From Bacteroidota bacterium (GTDB lineage: Bacteria; Bacteroidota; Bacteroidia; Flavobacteriales_D; Crocinitomicaceae): 64,000 bases of DNA. Positions 28,137 to 36,379 of this stretch are shown one piece after another. How positions within the stretch are numbered: the first letter of the stretch is position 1; the number at the start of each line of letters is the position of its first letter. Below the pieces are notes generated by a model. That model saw nothing but the letters and a program-made list of their open reading frames with translations. It was not told the origin of the DNA and searched no databases. The position numbers and the translations under genes were made by a program. Where the stretch lies: NCBI GenBank assembly GCA_039804625.1, contig JBDLVT010000006.1, positions 7,159 to 71,158 of the forward strand, written 5' to 3'.

Positions 28137-29237
28137 ATGAAAAAATTACTCTTTACACTCCTCTTTTTGCCATTTGCTGGCATACTTCATGCACAAAACA
28201 CCACAGAATTCGAAGATGGTATTTATGCGCGCTTTACCACCAATAAAGGTATCATTGTTTGCCAATTAGAATACCAAAAAACTCCGATGACCGTCGGAAA
28301 TTTTGTAGGGCTTGCTGAAGGTAAGTTCAAAGTTGGTGACAAATCCTTTAGTACACCATTTTTTGATGGTTTGATATTTCATCGCGTAATCGCTGATTTC
28401 ATGATCCAAGGTGGAGATCCTCAAGGCACTGGCGCCGGTGATCCAGGTTACAAATTTTATGACGAAATAGACCCAACACTCAAGCATGTAGGCCCAGGAA
28501 TCCTTTCTATGGCCAACTCGGGCCCCAACACCAATGGATCGCAGTTTTTCATTACGCACAAAGAAACGCCTTGGCTAGACGGTAAGCACAGCGTTTTTGG
28601 TCATGTGGTTTCTGGACAAGAAGTTGTAAACGCTATTGCGCAAAACGACACAATGCGCAAAGTAGACATCATTCGCGTGGGTACGAAAGCACAAAAATGG
28701 GATGCCCAGGCTGCATTTGACCAGGTTTATTTAGCTAAAAAAGCATCAGAAGCACAAGAGCAAGCCGAACTTGCTCAAATTGCAGCAATGTCGCAAGAAG
28801 ACTACAAAAACTATATGTTTGCCGAAGTAAAAAAGAATTATCCTAAGGCGCAGCAGAGCCCAACTGGATTGGTTTATGTCATTTTAGAGGAGGGAAAAGG
28901 AGCTCAGGTCAAAGAAGGCAACAAAGTGAGCCTTCACTACACTGGTACTTTACGACGCGATGGCAAAAAATTCGACTCTTCCAAAGACCGAAACGCGCCT
29001 TTGGATTTTCAATATAAAGTGCAGCGCATGATTCCTGGTTTTGAAGAAGGTATCACGCTTATTAAAGAGGGCGGAAAAGTGCTATTGTTTATCCCTTACT
29101 ACAACGCTTATGGCAAGCAGGGGCGCCCCGGAGCCATTCCCCCATATGCTGATCTGGTTTTTGAAATCGAATTATTGCATGTTACCGCAGACGCTCAAGC
29201 GGTTCCTCACGGAGAACACGACGGACACCAACATTAA
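28137..29237 (+). CDS. Secreted dual-family PPIase: cyclophilin domain fused to an FKBP domain, with His-rich C-terminal tail
   Basis: Signal peptide [20 protein letters not shown]. Cyclophilin motifs [15 protein letters not shown] and [18 protein letters not shown]-terminal [23 protein letters not shown]...[16 protein letters not shown]. Tail [10 protein letters not shown]. Confidence 0.88.
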   Translation: MKKLLFTLLFLPFAGILHAQNTTEFEDGIYARFTTNKGIIVCQLEYQKTPMTVGNFVGLAEGKFKVGDKSFSTPFFDGLIFHRVIADFMIQGGDPQGTGAGDPGYKFYDEIDPTLKHVGPGILSMANSGPNTNGSQFFITHKETPWLDGKHSVFGHVVSGQEVVNAIAQNDTMRKVDIIRVGTKAQKWDAQAAFDQVYLAKKASEAQEQAELAQIAAMSQEDYKNYMFAEVKKNYPKAQQSPTGLVYVILEEGKGAQVKEGNKVSLHYTGTLRRDGKKFDSSKDRNAPLDFQYKVQRMIPGFEEGITLIKEGGKVLLFIPYYNAYGKQGRPGAIPPYADLVFEIELLHVTADAQAVPHGEHDGHQH

Positions 29238-29249
29238 GTTGTCGCTGTT

Positions 29250-29900
29250 TTAGTTTGAAAAAGCGTATGTAACGATATTGGCGCCCATCTGCAAAGCTTG
29301 GCGCCTTTTTTCTGGTGGGTCGTTATGAACTTGTGGGTCTTCCCAGCCGTCAGACAAATCGGTTTCGTAGGTATACAGACAAACCAAACGACCCTCAATG
29401 ACAATTCCAAAAGCCTGAGGGCGTTTGCCGTCGTGTTCATGAATTTTAGGCAAGCCATTTGTAAAAGTGTAATGGGCTGAAAAAATCGGATGGCTCGATG
29501 GTACTTCGGTCAGGGTAGCTTCTGGAAACACTTTCTTGAGCTCAGCTCGAATAAAGCCATCCATTCCGTAGTTATCGTCGATGTGCAAAAAACCACCCGA
29601 GAGCAAATAGGTTCTCAGATTTAATGCTTCAGATTTTGAAAACACAACATTTCCATGGCCGGTCATATGTAACAACGGGTACTGAAATAAATCTGCACTT
29701 CCTACTTCTACATAGGGTACTTCTTTAGAGATGTTCATGCCGAGCTCAGTATTACAGAACTTGATCAAGTTGGGTAGCGCTGTAGGGTTAGCGTAGTAAT
29801 CGCCACCACCATTATATTTAAGTACAGCTAACTGATAGCTTTGCGCCATTATGCCAAGCGAGACAAATAGGGAACAAATGAGCAGGTTGATTTTTTTCAT
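29250..29900 (-). CDS. DUF4159-like secreted protein
   Basis: Signal peptide MKKINLLICSLFVSLGIMAQ, then LAVLKYNGGGDYYANPTALPNL and LLHMTGHGNVVFS, which I recognise as DUF4159-type. ATGA-type overlap with ribD. Confidence 0.6.
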   Translation of the reverse strand: MKKINLLICSLFVSLGIMAQSYQLAVLKYNGGGDYYANPTALPNLIKFCNTELGMNISKEVPYVEVGSADLFQYPLLHMTGHGNVVFSKSEALNLRTYLLSGGFLHIDDNYGMDGFIRAELKKVFPEATLTEVPSSHPIFSAHYTFTNGLPKIHEHDGKRPQAFGIVIEGRLVCLYTYETDLSDGWEDPQVHNDPPEKRRQALQMGANIVTYAFSN

Positions 29901-30931
29901 GTTCGTCGTTTGTAATAGTAAATTTGGTCGGTCCCGAAAGGATGCACGTTGGCAGGCACCCGATTCAATACAGGTGCTTTGATCCCCTCTCCGAAGTTTA
30001 GGTCTCCAACGAGCACATACGCTTCGTCCCAGACGTTGTCAATGATGAAATATTGTAGCGTACGGCTTCCACCTTCAACCATTACAGAGTGAATGCCGCG
30101 TTTATAGAGTTCTTCAAGGATATTTTTGGTGGCAGTTTCTTGGATTTTGATCCATTCGATATTTCCTTTTGTTTCATTCTTAAGTCGATTGAAGATAAGC
30201 GTTGGAGCGTCTTCGGAAAACAAACTGATGTTGTTTTGAACTTGAAGTTGGCTGTCTATCAAGATCCTGATGGGGTTTTTGCCACTGACTTCCCGCACTG
30301 TTAGGGATGGGTTGTCATTGAGTGCGGTGTGCTTACCCACAAGGATACTCATTTCTTGACTGCGCCAATGGTGTACGAGTGACCTCGATTCTTCAGAGGA
30401 TATCCAATTGATGCCTTTTTGAGCGGAGTCTCGAAGGCGGTCAAGGAAGCCGTCTTTGGTTTGAGCCCACTTCAGTACCACATGTGGTCTTTGTTTTTGA
30501 TGAAAGCAAAAAAAGCGTTTGTTGAGCTGTTTGGCAGCGGATTCTAAAATGCCAACCTCTACTTCAATTCCAGCTTTGATCAGGCGCTCAATACCTTTGC
30601 CAGCAACCTTCGGATTGGGATCTTTGCAAGCAATAACAACTTTTGCTACTTTTTTTTCGATGAGCAAATTGCTGCAGGGTGGTGTTTTCCCAAAATGCGC
30701 ACAGGGTTCAAGACTGACATATACTGTAGCACCTTCCATATCATTTTGATCCTGAACGGCTGCGATGGCCTGAACTTCTGCATGTGGCCCACCAAATACT
30801 TGATGGAAACCTTCGCCTATGATGCTGCCGTTCTTGACAATGACGCAACCTACCATAGGGTTAGGCGCAACCAATCCTTGGCCTAAAATAGCGAGGTCAA
30901 GGCAGCGCTGCATGTAGTCTTGTGGCTTCAT
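29897..30931 (-). CDS. ribD: Bifunctional riboflavin biosynthesis deaminase/reductase
   Basis: CMP/dCMP deaminase zinc motif HAEVQAI...PCAHFGKTPPC, followed by the RibD C-terminal reductase half. Confidence 0.93.
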   Translation of the reverse strand: MKPQDYMQRCLDLAILGQGLVAPNPMVGCVIVKNGSIIGEGFHQVFGGPHAEVQAIAAVQDQNDMEGATVYVSLEPCAHFGKTPPCSNLLIEKKVAKVVIACKDPNPKVAGKGIERLIKAGIEVEVGILESAAKQLNKRFFCFHQKQRPHVVLKWAQTKDGFLDRLRDSAQKGINWISSEESRSLVHHWRSQEMSILVGKHTALNDNPSLTVREVSGKNPIRILIDSQLQVQNNISLFSEDAPTLIFNRLKNETKGNIEWIKIQETATKNILEELYKRGIHSVMVEGGSRTLQYFIIDNVWDEAYVLVGDLNFGEGIKAPVLNRVPANVHPFGTDQIYYYKRRT

Positions 30932-30941
30932 TGATTCAAAG

Positions 30942-31562
30942 TTACTGATTCCGATGAGACGGCTGTATCCAACGAAAGGTTAAATTGAGCCGCGCTTCTG
31001 TTAATGTGCGCATTTTGGGGAGTTGGTGTTTGTAGTGGTGCTGTAACGGGCCGTGCATGTGCAGTAAACTTCCGTGTGTCAAAAGAATCCTTTTTTTCTG
31101 CCCTGTAGACAAATGTTTCAGTTCAAAAGTGCGTTCGGCGCCTAGGCTGATCGAAGCGATGCTAGGGTTCGGGCCAAGGGTCTTTTCGTTGTCGGCATGC
31201 CAACCATTCGAATCTTGGCCGTCTCGGTAGTAATTGATCAAGAGCGCATTGTACTTATAGCCAGTGCGTTCTTGTACTTCGAGACGTAGCTCGTCCAGGA
31301 AAAGAGGGATTTTTTCAGCTTGTAATTGCTGACCTGAGTAGCCGTATTGCTCGCCGTTGAGGGCAAAATATGCTTCGAGTCTTGGCACTTTGATTTTTTT
31401 GCCAAAAAGCACGATCTCGTTTTGTTGAAAGGAGTCGAGGTGAAGGAGTTGTTGCAGCAGTGTTGCACTTGCTGTTGGCTCCAAAAAATTGGGGTAATAG
31501 TCGGCATGACCATCGGTGGCTACAACCCTTATTGGCTCCAAATTGTCATACTCGCTAAACAT
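30942..31562 (-). CDS. alkB: Fe(II)/2-oxoglutarate-dependent dioxygenase AlkB
   Basis: LINYYRDGQDSNGWHADNE (HxD), ...HGPLQHHYKH..., LNLTFRWI. Confidence 0.85.
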   Translation of the reverse strand: MFSEYDNLEPIRVVATDGHADYYPNFLEPTASATLLQQLLHLDSFQQNEIVLFGKKIKVPRLEAYFALNGEQYGYSGQQLQAEKIPLFLDELRLEVQERTGYKYNALLINYYRDGQDSNGWHADNEKTLGPNPSIASISLGAERTFELKHLSTGQKKRILLTHGSLLHMHGPLQHHYKHQLPKMRTLTEARLNLTFRWIQPSHRNQ

Positions 31563-31565
31563 TTC

Positions 31566-31573
31566 TATTTTTG
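31566..31573 (+). promoter_or_regulatory. Candidate -7 box TATTTTTG for the MscS gene at 31589
   Basis: Exact TAnnTTTG, 15 nt upstream of the ATG. Confidence 0.4.
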
Positions 31574-31588
31574 TGTTAAAATTACGAC

Positions 31589-32389
31589 ATGCACTTTATA
31601 GAAACACTTTTTGACCTCAAAACTGGCGATTTAAGCAAAGTTATTTTTGGTTTACTGACTAATTTGGTGTTGGCCATCGTCATTGCTGTCGTTGGTTTTT
31701 GGCTTACGGGTGTCCTGACGCGCTTGGTCAACCGTATTTTGCGCAAAAGTGAAACCGATCCGGGGCTCATCTCATTTCTAACGAGTTTCTTATCGATGGC
31801 CCTCAAAATAATGGTGTCCATCACGGCGATTACCCAATTGGGTGTCGAGATGACCTCCTTTTTGACGCTATTGGGTGCAGCAGGTATTGCAGTGGGTATG
31901 GCTTTTTCAGGAACGCTTTCGAACTTTGCAGGCGGCATCATGATTCTTGTGCTCAAGCCCTTCAAAGTGGGTGACGACATCGAAGCACTAGGCGAAAAAG
32001 GCGTCGTTTCCGAAATTCAGATTTTCAATACCTACCTCAAAACTGCCGACAACAAAATATTGGTACACCCAAACGGCCCTCTGGCAAATGGCACCATTGT
32101 CAATTTTACCAAAGAAAAAACGCGCAGAATTGAGTGGACCTTCGTCTTTGAACAGAACGTTCAAATTAGTCAAATACAGGAGGTAATCTTGGCTAGTTTG
32201 GCCGCAGACAAACGCGTCTTAACCAAGCCAGATCCATTAGTGGGCGTGCTGCAACTCAATGAGTCCGGTCTGCACATGAGGGTGCATTGCTGGGTAAAAA
32301 CGGCAGATTACGGAACAGTTTTTCATCAGGGGCAGCAAGTACTCATAGAAGCGTTGCAAGCACGCGCCTTACCTTTTGCTAAATCTTAA
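31589..32389 (+). CDS. Small-conductance mechanosensitive channel (MscS family)
   Basis: Three TM helices, then FKVGDDIEALGEKGVVSEIQIFNTYLKTADNKILVHPNGPL. Confidence 0.88.
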   Translation: MHFIETLFDLKTGDLSKVIFGLLTNLVLAIVIAVVGFWLTGVLTRLVNRILRKSETDPGLISFLTSFLSMALKIMVSITAITQLGVEMTSFLTLLGAAGIAVGMAFSGTLSNFAGGIMILVLKPFKVGDDIEALGEKGVVSEIQIFNTYLKTADNKILVHPNGPLANGTIVNFTKEKTRRIEWTFVFEQNVQISQIQEVILASLAADKRVLTKPDPLVGVLQLNESGLHMRVHCWVKTADYGTVFHQGQQVLIEALQARALPFAKS

Positions 32390-32459
32390 AGATTTTTATT
32401 AAATTCGGTCCCAAACCCATTTCTGCATTGTTACGATGTAGAGCTAAACTGAACCACCT

Positions 32460-33389
32460 ATGCTACTCACTATCTTACTTTTGATTTTTACGGTCGTTAT
32501 TGCACCACTGATTTGTTTGAACTTTGGCTATACGCCCAATGAGCTGCAATTTGATATTTTGAGTCAAATGGCTTTGCCCGTTGGATTAGTTATTGCCTAT
32601 TGCTTTGTTGTGGGTGAAATCTCGCGCAACAACTCTCAGGTCGATAAACTTTGGAGTATTGTCCCCATTTACTACGTTTGGCACATGACCCTTTTGGCGC
32701 CAGAATTGTCTGAGCGCATGATCTTGATGGCCGTTCTCGCAACTATTTGGGGAGCTCGCCTGACTTTCAATTTTGCCCGTCGCGGCGCTTATACTTGGCG
32801 TTTTTGGGCTGGAGAAGAAGACTACCGCTGGGAAGAACTGCGCAAGCGACCAGGTTTCAATAACAAGTTTGTATGGGGGCTGTTTAACTTGTTTTTCATC
32901 TCAGCCTACCAAAACATCCTGATTTTTTCTTTTACTGTTCCAATTCTAGCCACGCTTTCAGATCAAGCCAAGCCACAATTGAATAGCGTTGATTACCTCT
33001 TGGCTGCACTTATGTTGCTTGCAGTAGCCATTGAGTTTGTGGCAGATCAGCAACAATATGTTTTTCAGACAGAGAAGCACCGCCGCATCAAGGCTGGCGA
33101 AGCCCTCGGCGACTACGAAAAAGGATTTGTATCCACAGGCTTATGGGGCATTGTACGCCATCCAAATTATGCCATGGAGCAAAGCATTTGGGTCATTTTC
33201 TACTTGTTCAGCGTCAATGCGACTGGTCAATGGGTCAACTGGACAATCGGAGGTTGTGTCTTGCTACTCATTCTCTTCAAAGGCAGTTCAGATTTTTCTG
33301 AAGAACTCTCCGCCAACAAGTATCCAGCCTACAAAGACTACCAAAAAAACGTTCCGAGGTTTATTCCGTTTTTGAAATTTGGGAAGTAA
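32460..33389 (+). CDS. DUF1295 / steroid 5-alpha-reductase-like membrane protein
   Basis: Polytopic membrane protein. The C-terminal region GLWGIVRHPNYAMEQSIW is typical of the DUF1295/ICMT-like fold. Confidence 0.7.
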   Translation: MLLTILLLIFTVVIAPLICLNFGYTPNELQFDILSQMALPVGLVIAYCFVVGEISRNNSQVDKLWSIVPIYYVWHMTLLAPELSERMILMAVLATIWGARLTFNFARRGAYTWRFWAGEEDYRWEELRKRPGFNNKFVWGLFNLFFISAYQNILIFSFTVPILATLSDQAKPQLNSVDYLLAALMLLAVAIEFVADQQQYVFQTEKHRRIKAGEALGDYEKGFVSTGLWGIVRHPNYAMEQSIWVIFYLFSVNATGQWVNWTIGGCVLLLILFKGSSDFSEELSANKYPAYKDYQKNVPRFIPFLKFGK

Positions 33390-33413
33390 GTAAATTCTAA
33401 AGAGGTGGTATGG

Positions 33414-33575
33414 CTACCTCAAGAACTTGAGTACACTAAAAGCCAACGCAAAAAATACCACAACTTGCATGAACCATTGTGCACTGCTCTTGTGTCCCTT
33501 GGATTTGAGGTAAAAATGGTTGACGGTGCCTAATGCAAAGCCAATAACGAAAGCAAGAAAGAGCGGATGACGCAT
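33414..33575 (-). CDS. Possible 53-aa two-helix membrane peptide (below the ORF-track size cutoff)
   Basis: My translation: MRHPLFLAFVIGFALGTVNHFYLKSKGHKSSAQWFMQVVVFFALAFSVLKFLR*. It is the only ORF in an otherwise empty 230-nt gap and has no recognisable homology. Confidence 0.3.
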   Translation of the reverse strand: MRHPLFLAFVIGFALGTVNHFYLKSKGHKSSAQWFMQVVVFFALAFSVLKFLR

Positions 33576-33619
33576 CTGAAAATTCTTTTGTTCATGACGG
33601 TTTCTAAAGAAAGTGAAGC

Positions 33620-34075
33620 TTATAACAGACCAAACTGCTCAAAATGATGCGCGAAGTGTTTGGTATGCAAACGCTGCCATTGGGCGTAATTCAGTTGCCC
33701 ATAAAAAGGATGTAGGGCCGATGCATTTTCATTTTCTTCGTAATGCTCTAGAAAACTTAGAAAAGCATCTGTGAATTCGTCGATGGCGGTTTCAAGTTCG
33801 TCGTTGCGCAAGGGTGTTGTAGGGGTGGCAAATGATACTTGCACATCTTTGGCCATCGGCTTGTCGGAGTCTAGCCAAGCTTGCATGCGCTCGATGCGCT
33901 CTTCTGGAACTTCTAAACTATAATCACCTTGCCCCATGGAAATGTACAGCGCGTCGGCGAGGTGTTCTACCATGCGTTGTGGGCTCATTTGGCCCCAATT
34001 TGGTGTGGTGTGTGCTTGTAGCGTTGAAAGTTGGGCCAACATGGCCTCGAGATCGAGTTGAAAAGAAGTAGCCAT
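33620..34075 (-). CDS. DinB-superfamily (DUF1569-like) protein
   Basis: 151 aa, helical, with ..MVEHLADAL.. and C-terminal ..HTKHFAHHFEQFGL His pattern typical of DinB/DUF1569. 1-nt overlap with the upstream kinase gene. Confidence 0.6.
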   Translation of the reverse strand: MATSFQLDLEAMLAQLSTLQAHTTPNWGQMSPQRMVEHLADALYISMGQGDYSLEVPEERIERMQAWLDSDKPMAKDVQVSFATPTTPLRNDELETAIDEFTDAFLSFLEHYEENENASALHPFYGQLNYAQWQRLHTKHFAHHFEQFGLL

Positions 34076-34974
34076 TATTTTTGACCTACAATGATATGAA
34101 GTGAGTGAGGTACCACGCGCACGTTGAGTTCGCGCATGACGGTAAGGGGCTCGCCGTCATGGTGTGCAACACCATTAGGTAGAGATATTTTTGCATTTTT
34201 AAAAGAAATGATTTCAGAATAAATTGATCGATCTGATCGGCCTGTAAAGAACTGAAAAATCATTTTAGGGATGCCAAACAAAGAGAAGGGCTTGAGTAGA
34301 AATAATTCTAATTTGCCATCAGTAGCATCCGATTTTGGAGATACTTTAAAACCATTGCCAAACTCAGAAGTATTGGCGATGGTGCAAAGCACAACTGGTA
34401 GTTTTTTGATTTGCCCATTCGTATCAATTGAGATGTTCATGGGGTTGTAGCGGAAAAATTCTTTGAGGACATGCTTGACGTAGGTCCAGAAACCGCGCTT
34501 GTGGTCTTCGTCAAATTTTTTGGCAATTATAGCATCTAGTCCGTAGCCGCCAACACCGAGGAAAGGTTGGTCGTTGACCAAGACGGTATCCATGAGGATT
34601 TGTTGGTTGCGGTTGATGGTTTGGATGGCTTTTTTGATATTGCGAGGAATGAACATATGGCGTGCTAAACCGTTTCCGGAACCGATTGGAATCACTGCTA
34701 AGCTGGTGTTGGTGCCGATGAGCGCCGTACCAACTTCGTGAACAGAGCCATCTCCACCTACTGCACAAACGATATCGATGCCGAGTTCAACGGCTTGTTG
34801 TGCGATATCAATGGCGTGGCCTTTGTGCTTGGTGTATTGGATTTCAAAAGAAAAAGCGTCGTGATCTAAAAAGCGGCGGATCAGCGCAGGGATGTCGTCT
34901 TTGCGGCGAACTCCTGAGATAGGGTTGATGATAAACCAAATGCGCTTTTTCATTTTTTTTGGACCGCGCTTCAT
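34075..34974 (-). CDS. Diacylglycerol-kinase-family lipid kinase (YegS/BmrU-like)
   Basis: IINPISG, GGDGSVHEV, IPIGSGNGLAR. ATG 34953 is an alternative start. A TAACTTTG box lies 10 nt upstream of 34974. Confidence 0.85.
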   Translation of the reverse strand: MKRGPKKMKKRIWFIINPISGVRRKDDIPALIRRFLDHDAFSFEIQYTKHKGHAIDIAQQAVELGIDIVCAVGGDGSVHEVGTALIGTNTSLAVIPIGSGNGLARHMFIPRNIKKAIQTINRNQQILMDTVLVNDQPFLGVGGYGLDAIIAKKFDEDHKRGFWTYVKHVLKEFFRYNPMNISIDTNGQIKKLPVVLCTIANTSEFGNGFKVSPKSDATDGKLELFLLKPFSLFGIPKMIFQFFTGRSDRSIYSEIISFKNAKISLPNGVAHHDGEPLTVMRELNVRVVPHSLHIIVGQK

Positions 34975-34984
34975 GCGCTTTTCT

Positions 34985-34992
34985 CAAAGTTA
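34985..34992 (-). promoter_or_regulatory. Candidate -7 box TAACTTTG for the lipid kinase/DinB-like operon
   Basis: Exact TAnnTTTG on the minus strand, 10 nt upstream of ATG 34974. Confidence 0.4.
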
Positions 34993-35082
34993 AACATTTT
35001 TTGCTAATGCCACATAAAGATTTATCGATGATATGACGATAACTCCTGCATTTGCGGTATTTTTAACAGCAAATATAATGCC

Positions 35083-35790
35083 ATGAAGAAAAAACCAGCC
35101 GCCGACCCAATTGCCGCCAATCGCCAACAACTCATCGATATTCTATTACATAAGTCAGCCCTCAAACAAGATATTGCCGACGATGCAGAACGCGTTTTTG
35201 AACAACTGCGTGCAATCATTGACAAAGAACTCATTGCACTCAAGGAAGTGATTACCGATGAGCGCGTGCGTCTTTGGATCAAAGACAGGAGCGACCACGA
35301 ATTTCATGTCTATATTGGTAGTGATGTACTCGTATTCAATCTGCACCACAACGTTTTTCGTTTGCCAGATTCTAATCCACTATGGGGGACGGCCTATTTC
35401 AAGTCGAACCCAAATAATGGCTACTTCGGCACCATTCACATCTACAACTTTTTAGCAGAATCGATGCAGCAAAATCGCCTAGACGACATGGGCAATTTGA
35501 TTGCACGCATTTTTGTCAACCACGAGAGGCATTTCTTTATCGAAGGAAAGGGTTCACTTGGTGCCACCTTCAATGACCCCCAACACATGTTGTTGTCAGA
35601 GCAATTGCTGCAGCTCATTGCACAAATGTCGTTTGCATATGCACTGCAATTTGACCTCTTTATTCCGCCGTTTGAATATATGGATAACGTCAGTGTTGGA
35701 CAGATTTTTGTGATGGGCGAGCAACTCAAACTCAAAACAGCCAAGCGTCTGGGCTTCAAGATGAGTTCTGACGACCCTGAAATTTCTTAA
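35083..35790 (+). CDS. Hypothetical cytoplasmic protein (no family recognised)
   Basis: 235-aa ORF with coding-like composition and no signal peptide or TM segment. I recognise no motif. Confidence 0.6.
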   Translation: MKKKPAADPIAANRQQLIDILLHKSALKQDIADDAERVFEQLRAIIDKELIALKEVITDERVRLWIKDRSDHEFHVYIGSDVLVFNLHHNVFRLPDSNPLWGTAYFKSNPNNGYFGTIHIYNFLAESMQQNRLDDMGNLIARIFVNHERHFFIEGKGSLGATFNDPQHMLLSEQLLQLIAQMSFAYALQFDLFIPPFEYMDNVSVGQIFVMGEQLKLKTAKRLGFKMSSDDPEIS

Positions 35791-35830
35791 AAAAAATGGC
35801 GAGCGCCCTTGCGCTTCAAGAAATTCCTAC

Positions 35831-35838
35831 TATATTTG
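35831..35838 (+). promoter_or_regulatory. Candidate -7 box TATATTTG for the tRNA-Glu x2 / rpsT unit
   Basis: Exact TAnnTTTG with TTG at 35809..35811 (19-nt spacer). 30 nt upstream of the first tRNA. Confidence 0.5.
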
Positions 35839-35868
35839 CAATCCCAAATTCTGGGGTTTTGACATTTT

Positions 35869-35943
35869 GGCCCATTCGTCTAGTGGTTAGGACGCAAGGT
35901 TTTCATCCTTGAAACAGGAGTTCGATTCTCCTATGGGCTGCCA
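35869..35943 (+). tRNA. tRNA-Glu (anticodon UUC), CCA encoded
   Basis: The cloverleaf can be read directly. Acceptor GGCCCAT/ATGGGCT (G1-U72 wobble), anticodon stem CAAGG/CCTTG with loop TT-TTC-AT, T-arm AGGAG-TTCGATT-CTCCT, discriminator G, then CCA. Confidence 0.95.
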
Positions 35944-35950
35944 ATTTTTT

Positions 35951-36022
35951 GGCCCATTCGTCTAGTGGTTAGGACGCAAGGTTTTCATCCTTGAAACAGG
36001 AGTTCGATTCTCCTATGGGCTG
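35951..36022 (+). tRNA. tRNA-Glu (anticodon UUC), second identical copy, 3' CCA not fully encoded
   Basis: 72/72 nt identical to 35869..35940 and followed by CAT rather than CCA. Confidence 0.95.
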
Positions 36023-36056
36023 CATTTTATTAATGAGATTAATTATATAAACAGCT

Positions 36057-36308
36057 ATGGCAAACCATAAATCATCCATCAAGCGCATTCGTTCAAATGA
36101 GTCTAAGCGCGTATTGAATAAATACCAGCACAAAACAACTCGCAACGCAATGCGTAAATTGCGTGCAACCAAAGACCGCAAAGAAGCAGAAGGTTTATTT
36201 CCTGCTGTTGTTGCCATGTTAGACAAACTTGCAAAACGCAACATCATTCATAAAAACAAAGCAGCGAACCTCAAATCAGGTTTGCAATTGCGCATCAACG
36301 CGCTCTAA
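36057..36308 (+). CDS. rpsT: 30S ribosomal protein S20
   Basis: [36 protein letters not shown]..., the canonical S20 N-terminus. Confidence 0.95.
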   Translation: MANHKSSIKRIRSNESKRVLNKYQHKTTRNAMRKLRATKDRKEAEGLFPAVVAMLDKLAKRNIIHKNKAANLKSGLQLRINAL

Positions 36309-36330
36309 GCTACGTTTTATATAAATTATG

Positions 36331-36366
36331 AAGGGCTGCCTCTATGGGGTGGCCCTTATTTTTTTC
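36331..36366 (+). terminator. Intrinsic terminator of rpsT (tRNA-Glu/rpsT unit)
   Basis: AAGGGCTGCC-TCTAT-GGGGTGGCCCTT hairpin (GC-rich, includes G-U pairs) followed by ATTTTTTT, 23 nt after the rpsT stop. Confidence 0.7.
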
Positions 36367-36367
36367 T

Positions 36368-36375
36368 TATGTTTG
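36368..36375 (+). promoter_or_regulatory. Candidate -7 box TATGTTTG, 4 nt upstream of the porin-like gene ATG
   Basis: Exact TAnnTTTG immediately after the rpsT terminator. ATG at 36380. Confidence 0.45.
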
Positions 36376-36379
36376 CGTC

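Noticed and set aside
35869-36022. Tandem tRNA-Glu as a genomic-island integration site.
   Set aside because: There is no integrase nearby, and I saw no partial tRNA 3'-end direct repeat in the flanks. Both flanks are core genes (rpsT, lipid kinase).
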